Shown: piece after piece, positions 1 to 7,500 of the stretch
Position numbering within the stretch: position 1 is the stretch's first letter
Layout: the number at the start of each line of letters is the position of its first letter
Assembly: GCF_036321535.1 (NCBI RefSeq)
Contig: NC_087437.1
Location: 2,170,001 to 2,234,000 of the forward strand
Direction: 5' to 3'
Origin: Camelus dromedarius
Lineage: Eukaryota
Length of the DNA: 64,000 nucleotides
Translations under genes and position numbers: made by a program
The notes under the pieces: generated by a model
Seen by the model: only the letters and a program-made list of their open reading frames with translations
Database searches by the model: none
What the model was told of the DNA's origin: nothing

Positions 1-803
1 ATACTAGTCGCCTCCTCCTCCGTTGGAGAGACGGACAGACACACACATAGTCTAGCTTCAACCATCCTCCAATAGATAGTCATTCAGGCAAGCAGTCAAA
101 CAGACAGACACACCAGAGGCGGGGTGCCGTCTGCCTACCTGGTTCGGCGGCGGGGCCCGGGGAAGAGGGTGCCCCTGGTGAACCAGAGGATTTTCTCCCA
201 TGTCCCTAGCTGCCTTGCCTCTGGGCGGCCTCCGCTAACCCAAGTTCGCCGGACGCAAGCCTTTGAAGTCAGCCTGCTCCTGGGAGCCGGCGAGGTAAGG
301 ACAGGGGAAGTGGTCAGCGGCAGACACGGAGGCGGCCCAGAACGCAAGAGGGATGCCTCGGCGAGTCGGTCATTTTCCTACCATCCCCCCTCTCCTGGCC
401 TCGGGGCGGCCTCTGCTACCGCAGGTGTGCGGCAATTAATTCTCCTTGTCAGCCAGGTCCTGGGAGTCTGTCCAGGTGAGCCCAAGGGACACGGACGTCG
501 CGGGGAGCGGACTGCCTCGGGTTAGCCGATCAGTTTGCTCCCATCCCCACAAGCGCCTGGCCTGGGGGCGGCCTGTCCTGCGCCAGGTTCAGAGTATGCA
601 CGTTTCCAGCTCAGCCAGCCCACCCGAGGCCGGCGCGCTGTGATCAGGGTCTGCAATGAGAAGTCGGGGCTGACTCACCGAGCCCGTGTATTTGTTCAGA
701 TCTCCCTCTTGGCTGGTCCTGGGCTAGGCCTCTACTACCCTAGGTCCACGAGGTGCTCATCTCTGTGTTTTTCAGCTCCGGGGAAGCGAGTGCGGGGTGG
801 TCA

Positions 804-841
804 GGGGGCGGGGAGGGGGCGGGGCGGGGGCGGGGCGGGGG
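804..841 (+). other. G-quadruplex-forming sequence / tandem GC boxes in monomer A (representative copy)
   Basis: gggggcggggagggggcggggcgggggcggggcggggg: seven runs of 4-5 G with 1-nt loops; contains several GGGGCGGGG Sp/KLF-type boxes. Confidence 0.8.
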
Positions 842-930
842 CAGCTACAGAGAGGGCTGAAGCGGGATGCACGGGCTGCCCAGGCAAGCCTGCGGAATTC
901 CATCCAGTGTCCCCCTCGGCCTGCAATGCG

Positions 931-945
931 GGCGCCCTCTGCTGC
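931..945 (-). promoter_or_regulatory. Putative CTCF core motif GCAGCAGAGGGCGCC in monomer A (present in all 11 A copies)
   Basis: Reverse complement of ggcgccctctgctgc fits the CTCF core consensus CCASYAGRKGGCRS apart from its first base. Motif match only; binding not shown. Confidence 0.72.
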
Positions 946-1000
946 TTCAGGGTGGCAATTGGCATCCCTCCAGGTGGGTCGAGTACTGGGAGGCTTCCTC

Positions 1001-1965
1001 CTTTAGACAGACAGAGAGACAAATAAAGAGACAGACAGACACACTAGCCTCTTCATCCATTGAGAAACAGCCGTATATCCTAACCTCCTCCTCCTCATTC
1101 ATTATATAGGTAGACAGATACATATATAGACAGACACACACACACACATACACACACTAGCCTCTTCCTACTCCTCAATTAAGTAGGTAGAGAGACACAC
1201 TAATCTCCTCCTCCTTTAGATAATACATAGACAAACTTAATACATTTTTCTCCTCCTCCATTAGATAGATGGAAAGTGAGATTGACCGATACACCCAGTA
1301 GCCGCTACCTTCTCCTGTTAGAGATACCGAGAGATAGCCAGACACATGGGATTATTTCTTCTTCTCCATTTGATATAGATAGAGACACACTCACAGACAC
1401 ACAGACAGACAGACACACTACTCTTCTCCTGCTCTGACAGACAGAGAGATAGACACTCTAGCCTCCTCCTTCTTCTCGAATACATACAGCTGCATAGATA
1501 GATATCTCCTATATAGACAGACAGACTTACTAGCTTACTCCTCGTCCATTCGATGCACACATAGACTGTTAGACAGACACAGTAGCCTCTTCCCCTCTTT
1601 GTTACACATACTTTGATAAAGAGACCCGCACGCACACACACACACACATACACACAGGCTAGCATCCTCCTCTTCCTCAAGTAGGTAGATAGGGAGATAG
1701 AAACACTAAATTCCTGCTCCGACAGACACACAAATAAAAAGACACACTTGCCTACTGCTGTGCCTGAACTACATAGGTCGATTTTTACACAGATTGATAG
1801 ATACACAGATAGATAGAGAGATAGATAGGTAGAGAGGCAGGCAAATGGAGAGACATAATTTTCGCCTCCTCCTCCAGTAGATATATAGACAGACACACAC
1901 ATAGTCTAGCCTCTCGCATCCTCCAATAGATAGACAATCAGCCAGGCAGTCAGACAGACTGACAC
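1001..1965. repeat. Degenerate minisatellite/microsatellite half (spacer type x, follows A and B); unit approximately tagatagacagacacactagcctcctcctccat, with GATA/GACA/CA tracts (representative copy)
   Basis: A (GATA/GACA/CA) block alternates repeatedly with a (CCT/CTT) block roughly every 30-60 bp. Confidence 0.9.
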
Positions 1966-2773
1966 ACGTGAGGCGCTGTGCAGTTTGGGGTTGGGTTTCA
2001 GCGGCGTCCACCGTGGACAGTTGTGCCCCTGGCGAGTCATAGGATTTTATCCCATGTCCCTAGCTGCCTTGCCTGCGGGCGGCCCCCGCTCCCCCAAATT
2101 CGACGGACTGAAGCTTTCAAGTTAGCCTGCTCGTGGCAGCAGGCGTTGTAAGGAAAGTGGAAGAGGTGAGCGGCAGCTCCGGAAGCGGCAGAGCATCTAA
2201 GGGGGATGCCTCGGCGAATCGGTCATTTTCCTCCCATTTCCCCCTCTCCTGGCCTCGGGGCAGCCTCTGCTACCCCAGGAGTGCGGGATTTCGTTGTCCT
2301 TGTCAGCCAGGTCCTAGGAAGCTGTCGAGGTGTGCTCAGGGAACAGGGATGTCGCTTCTAGAGGACTGCCTCGGGTGAGCCGATCAGTTTGCTCCCATCT
2401 CCACAAGCGCCTGGCCTGGGGGCGGCCTCTCCTTCCCCAGGTTCCCAGTATGCATGTTTCCAGCTCAGCCTGTGCCCTTAGGCAGGCGCGGTGTTCTTAG
2501 GGGCTGCATTGAGGAGGCGGGGCTGCTCCACCGAGCCCGTGTATTTGCACAGATCTCCCCGTTGACCGGTCCTAGGGTTGGTCTCTGCTACCCTAGGTAC
2601 ACGATATACACATCTCGTTGTTTTCCGGCCCCCGGGAGGCAAGTGCGGGGTGGTCAGGGGGCGGGGGGGGGGAGGTGGCGTTGGCGCCTACACAGAGGGA
2701 GGAAGAGGGATGCACGGGCTGTCCAGGGAAGCCTGTGGATTTCCATCCAGTGTCCCCCTCGGCGTGCAATGAT

Positions 2774-2788
2774 GGCGCCCTCTGCTGC
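2774..2788 (-). promoter_or_regulatory. Putative CTCF core motif (intact) in hybrid monomer B'
   Basis: ggcgccctctgctgc on the + strand. Confidence 0.68.
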
Positions 2789-4615
2789 TTCAGGGTGGCA
2801 ATTGGCATCCCTCCAGGTGGGTCGAGTACTGGGAGGCTTCCTCCTTTAGACAGACAGAGAGACAAATAAAGAGACAGACAGACACACTAGCCTCTTCATC
2901 CATTGAGAAACAGCCGTATATCCTAACCTCCTCCTCCTCATTCATTATATAGGTAGACAGATACATATATAGACAGACACACACACACACATACACACAC
3001 TAGCCTCTTCCTACTCCTCAATTAAGTAGGTAGAGAGACACACTAATCTCCTCCTCCTTTAGATAATACATAGACAAACTTAATACATTTTTCTCCTCCT
3101 CCATTAGATAGATGGAAAGTGAGATTGACCGATACACCCAGTAGCCGCTACCTTCTCCTGTTAGAGATACCGAGAGATAGCCAGACACATGGGATTATTT
3201 CTTCTTCTCCATTTGATATAGATAGAGACACACTCACAGACACACAGACAGACAGACACACTACTCTTCTCCTGCTCTGACAGACAGAGAGATAGACACT
3301 CTAGCCTCCTCCTTCTTCTCGAATACATACAGCTGCATAGATAGATATCTCCTATATAGACAGACAGACTTACTAGCTTACTCCTCGTCCATTCGATGCA
3401 CACATAGACTGTTAGACAGACACAGTAGCCTCTTCCCCTCTTTGTTACACATACTTTGATAAAGAGACCCGCACGCACACACACACACACATACACACAG
3501 GCTAGCATCCTCCTCTTCCTCAAGTAGGTAGATAGGGAGATAGAAACACTAAATTCCTGCTCCGACAGACACACAAATAAAAAGACACACTTGCCTACTG
3601 CTGTGCCTGAACTACATAGGTCGATTTTTACACAGATTGATAGATACACAGATAGATAGAGAGATAGATAGGTAGAGAGGCAGGCAAATGGAGAGACATA
3701 ATTTTCGCCTCCTCCTCCAGTAGATATATAGACAGACACACACATAGTCTAGCCTCTCGCATCCTCCAATAGATAGACAATCAGCCAGGCAGTCAGACAG
3801 ACTGACACACGTGAGGCGCTGTGCAGTTTGGGGTTGGGTTTCAGCGGCGTCCACCGTGGACAGTTGTGCCCCTGGCGAGTCATAGGATTTTATCCCATGT
3901 CCCTAGCTGCCTTGCCTGCGGGCGGCCCCCGCTCCCCCAAATTCGACGGACTGAAGCTTTCAAGTTAGCCTGCTCGTGGCAGCAGGCGTTGTAAGGAAAG
4001 TGGAAGAGGTGAGCGGCAGCTCCGGAAGCGGCAGAGCATCTAAGGGGGATGCCTCGGCGAATCGGTCATTTTCCTCCCATTTCCCCCTCTCCTGGCCTCG
4101 GGGCAGCCTCTGCTACCCCAGGAGTGCGGGATTTCGTTGTCCTTGTCAGCCAGGTCCTAGGAAGCTGTCGAGGTGTGCTCAGGGAACAGGGATGTCGCTT
4201 CTAGAGGACTGCCTCGGGTGAGCCGATCAGTTTGCTCCCATCTCCACAAGCGCCTGGCCTGGGGGCGGCCTCTCCTTCCCCAGGTTCCCAGTATGCATGT
4301 TTCCAGCTCAGCCTGTGCCCTTAGGCAGGCGCGGTGTTCTTAGGGGCTGCATTGAGGAGGCGGGGCTGCTCCACCGAGCCCGTGTATTTGCACAGATCTC
4401 CCCGTTGACCGGTCCTAGGGTTGGTCTCTGCTACCCTAGGTACACGATATACACATCTCGTTGTTTTCCGGCCCCCGGGAGGCAAGTGCGGGGTGGTCAG
4501 GGGGCGGGGGGGGGGGGTGGCGTTGGCGCCTACACAGAGGGAGGAAGAGGGATGCACGGGCTGTCCAGGGAAGCCTGTGGATTTCCATCCAGTGTCCCCC
4601 TCGGCGTGCAATGAT

Positions 4616-4630
4616 GGCACCCTCTGCTGC
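4616..4630 (-). promoter_or_regulatory. Variant CTCF motif GCAGCAGAGGGTGCC in monomer B (12 copies), predicted weaker
   Basis: ggcaccctctgctgc; CpG-to-CpA transition at the conserved C of the GGCGC part of the core. Confidence 0.5.
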
Positions 4631-6462
4631 TTCAGGGTGACAATTGGCATCCCTCCAGCTGGGCCTAATAAAGGGAGGCTTCCTCCATTAGACAGACAGA
4701 GAGACATATAAAGAGACAGACAGACACACTAGCCTCTTCATCCATTGAGAAACAGCCGTATATCCTAACCTCCTCCTCCTCATTCATTATATAGGTAGGC
4801 AGATACATATATAGACAGACACACACACACACATACACACACTAGCCTCTTCCTACTCCTCAATTATGTAGGTAGAGAGACACACTAATCTCCTCCTCCA
4901 TTAGATAATACATAGACAAACTTAATACATTTTTCTCCTCCTCCATTAGATAGATGGAAAGTGAGATTGACCGATACACCCAGTAGCCGCTACCTTCTCC
5001 TGTTAGAGATACCGAGAGATAGCCAGACACATGGGATTATTTCTTCTTCTCCATTTGATATAGATAGAGACACACTCACAGACACACAGACAGACAGACA
5101 CACTACTCTTCTCCTGCTCTGACAGACAGAGAGATAGACACTCTAGCCTCCTCCTTCTTCTCGAATACATACAGCTGCATAGATAGATATCTCCTATATA
5201 GACAGACAGACTTACTAGCTTACTCCTCGTCCATTCGATGCACACATAGACTGTTAGACAGACACAGTAGCCTCTTCCCCTCTTTGTTACACATACTTTG
5301 ATAAAGAGACCCGCACGCACACACACACACACATACACACAGGCTAGCATCCTCCTCTTCCTCAAGTAGGTAGATAGGGAGATAGAAACACTAAATTCCT
5401 GCTCCGACAGACACACAAATAAAAAGACACACTTGCCTACTGCTGTGCCTGAACTACATAGGTCGATTTTTACACAGATTGATAGATACACAGATAGATA
5501 GAGAGATAGATAGGTAGAGAGGCAGGCAAATGGAGAGACATAATTTTCGCCTCCTCCTCCAGTAGATATATAGACAGACACACACATAGTCTAGCCTCTC
5601 GCATCCTCCAATAGATAGACAATCAGCCAGGCAGTCAGACAGACTGACACACGTGAGGCGCTGTGCAGTTTGGGGTTGGGTTTCAGCGGCGTCCACCGGG
5701 GACAGTTGTGCCCCTGGCGAGTCATAGGATTTTATCCCATGTCCCTAGCTGCCTTGCCTGCGGGCGGCCCCCGCTCCCCCAAATTCGACGAACTGAAGCT
5801 TTCAAGTTAGCCTGCTCGTGGCAGCAGGCGTTGTAAGGAAAGTGGAAGAGGTCAGCGGCAGCTCCGGAAGCGGCAGAGCATCTAAGGGGGATGCCTTGGC
5901 GAATCGGTCATTTTCCTCCCATTTCCCCCTCTCCTGGCCTCGGGGCAGCCTCTGCTACCGCAGGAGTGCGGGATTTCGTTGTCCTTCTCAGCCAGGTCCT
6001 AGGAAGCTGTCGAGGTGTGCTCAGGGAACAGGGATTTTACTTCTAGAGGACTGCCTCGGGTGAGCCGATCAGTTTGCTCCCATCTCCAAAAGCGCCTGGC
6101 CTGGGGGCGGCCTCTCCTTCCCCAGGTTCCCAGTATGCATGTTTCCAGCTCAGCCTGTGCCCTTAGGCAGGCGCGGTGTTCTTAGGGGCTGCATTGAGGA
6201 GGCGGGGCTGCTCCACCGAGCCCGTGTATTTGCACAGATCTCCCCGTTGACCGGTCCTAGGGTTGGTCTCTGCTACCCTAGTTACACGATGTACACATCT
6301 CGGTGTTTTCCGGCTCCCGGGAGGCAAGTGCGGGGTGGTCAGGGGGCGGGGTGGGGGGTTGGAGTGGCGGTGGCGCCTACACAGAGGGAAGAAGAGGGAT
6401 GCACGGGCTGTCCAGGGAAGCCTGTGGATTTCCATCCAGTGTCCCCCTCGGCGTGCAATAAG

Positions 6463-6477
6463 GGCGCCCTCTGCTGC
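6463..6477 (-). promoter_or_regulatory. Putative CTCF core motif (intact) in monomer C (11 copies)
   Basis: ggcgccctctgctgc on the + strand. Confidence 0.72.
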
Positions 6478-6532
6478 TTCAGGGTGGGATTTGGCAACCC
6501 TCCAGCTGGGCCTAATAAAGGGAGGCTTCCTC

Positions 6533-7187
6533 CATTAGAGAGAGAGACATAAAATAGACAGACAGACACACTAGCCTCTTCCTCCATTTAGAAACACCCA
6601 TATGTCTTAACCTTCTCCTCCTAATCCATTATATAGGTAGACAGATACATACATAGACAGACAGACAGACAGACACACACACACACACAAACCCAAACCC
6701 ACACACAACCTTCCCTCCTACCAGTCCTCAATTAAGTAGGTAGAGAGACACACTAATCGCCTTCTCCATTAGATAATAAACAGACAAACGGTATAGACTA
6801 TTTCTACTCCTCATTTAGATAGATGGAATGTGAGACTGACGCATTCACACACTAGCCTCTACCTTCTCCTGTTAGAGAGACAGACAGATAGCCAGACTCA
6901 TGAAATCCTCCATCTTCTCCATTAGATATACATAGAGAAATCTCTAAGATGCACAGTGAGACAAACACTAGTCTTCTCCTCCTCTGACAGGCCGAGGGAT
7001 AGATAATCAAGCCTCCTCATTCTTTTCCATTAGGTATAGTTACATACATACATATCTGATAATAGACAGCCAGACAGACATACTAGCCTACTCTTCCTCC
7101 ATCAGATACATACATAGACTGATAGACAGATACAGTAGGCTCCTCCCCCTTTAGATACAGATACATAGATAGACATCCCCACGAGCC

Positions 7188-7228
<41 letters not shown>

Positions 7229-7500
7229 GCCTTCTCCTCTTCCTCAAAGAGCTAGATAGTTATATAGACACACTAAAATTCTACTCCAACAGACAGAATT
7301 TTAAATGACACACTATCTTACTGCTATGCCTCCCCACATAGATAGATAGCTAGCCAGATCGATAGAGAGGCAGGCAAATAGAGAGTCATACTAGTCGCCT
7401 CCTCCTCCGTTGGAGAGACAGACAGACACACACATAGTCTAGCTTCAACCATCCTCCAATAGATAGTCATTCAGGCAAGCAGTCAAACAGACAGACACAC
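6533..7500. repeat. Divergent spacer type y (follows C), same degenerate minisatellite family (representative copy)
   Basis: Colinear with spacer x but with many substitutions and indels, e.g. 'caaacccaaaccc' and the (CG)n(CA)n tract. Confidence 0.9.
7188..7227. repeat. Alternating purine-pyrimidine tract ca(cg)4(ca)n with Z-DNA potential, once per HOR (representative copy)
   Basis: cacgcgcgcgcacacacaca..., 40 bp uninterrupted. Confidence 0.8.

Larger units (their letters stand above)
115..1000. other. GC/CpG-rich (CpG-island-like) half of monomer A, made of about 5 degenerate 160-210-bp subunits (representative copy; boundaries approximate)
   Basis: Visibly GC-rich with many CpGs. The motif family ggcggcctctgctac recurs at 224, 405, 567, 724 and 931. 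Confidence 0.85.
1..7387. repeat. HOR1, 4-mer variant A-B'-B-C (7387 bp); B' is a B/A hybrid monomer
   Basis: Anchor 'atactagtcgcc' at 1 and 7388. B-type ORFs at 2133 and 3976, C-type at 5818. Confidence 0.97.

Noticed and set aside
124..1026. 133-aa and 163-aa + strand ORFs in A, and 105-137-aa ORFs in B and C
   Set aside because: G/R/P/A-rich, expected in stop-poor GC DNA; no recognisable domain; mostly non-ATG starts; frames shift with poly-G length and between monomer types.
1318..1902. 194-aa minus-strand ORF repeated in every x spacer
   Set aside because: Low-complexity C/V/L/S/Y translation of (TG)n, (TCTG)n and (TCTA)n tracts; absent from spacer y; disrupted in two copies.
1984..1998. 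Telomere-like tttggggttgggttt and isolated ttaggg/ttaggc hexamers
   Set aside because: Single, non-tandem occurrences.
4501..4517. G11 vs G12 homopolymer length as a functional frameshift switch
   Set aside because: The affected ORFs are spurious, and homopolymer length is prone to slippage and sequencing error.
4605..4700. Possible C/D snoRNA (SNORD115/116-like ~1.9-kb tandem unit) suggested by 'aatgatgg' and the period
   Set aside because: Box C is imperfect and present only in B, there is no suitably placed CTGA box D or terminal stem, and no resemblance to SNORD115/116 sequences as I recall them.
1..5600. 5S rDNA, tRNA, U1/U2 snRNA tandem gene cluster or rDNA spacer
   Set aside because: No recognisable 5S, tRNA (no GGTTCGA-type B box or cloverleaf) or snRNA sequence on either strand by eye; an Infernal/Rfam scan would be definitive.
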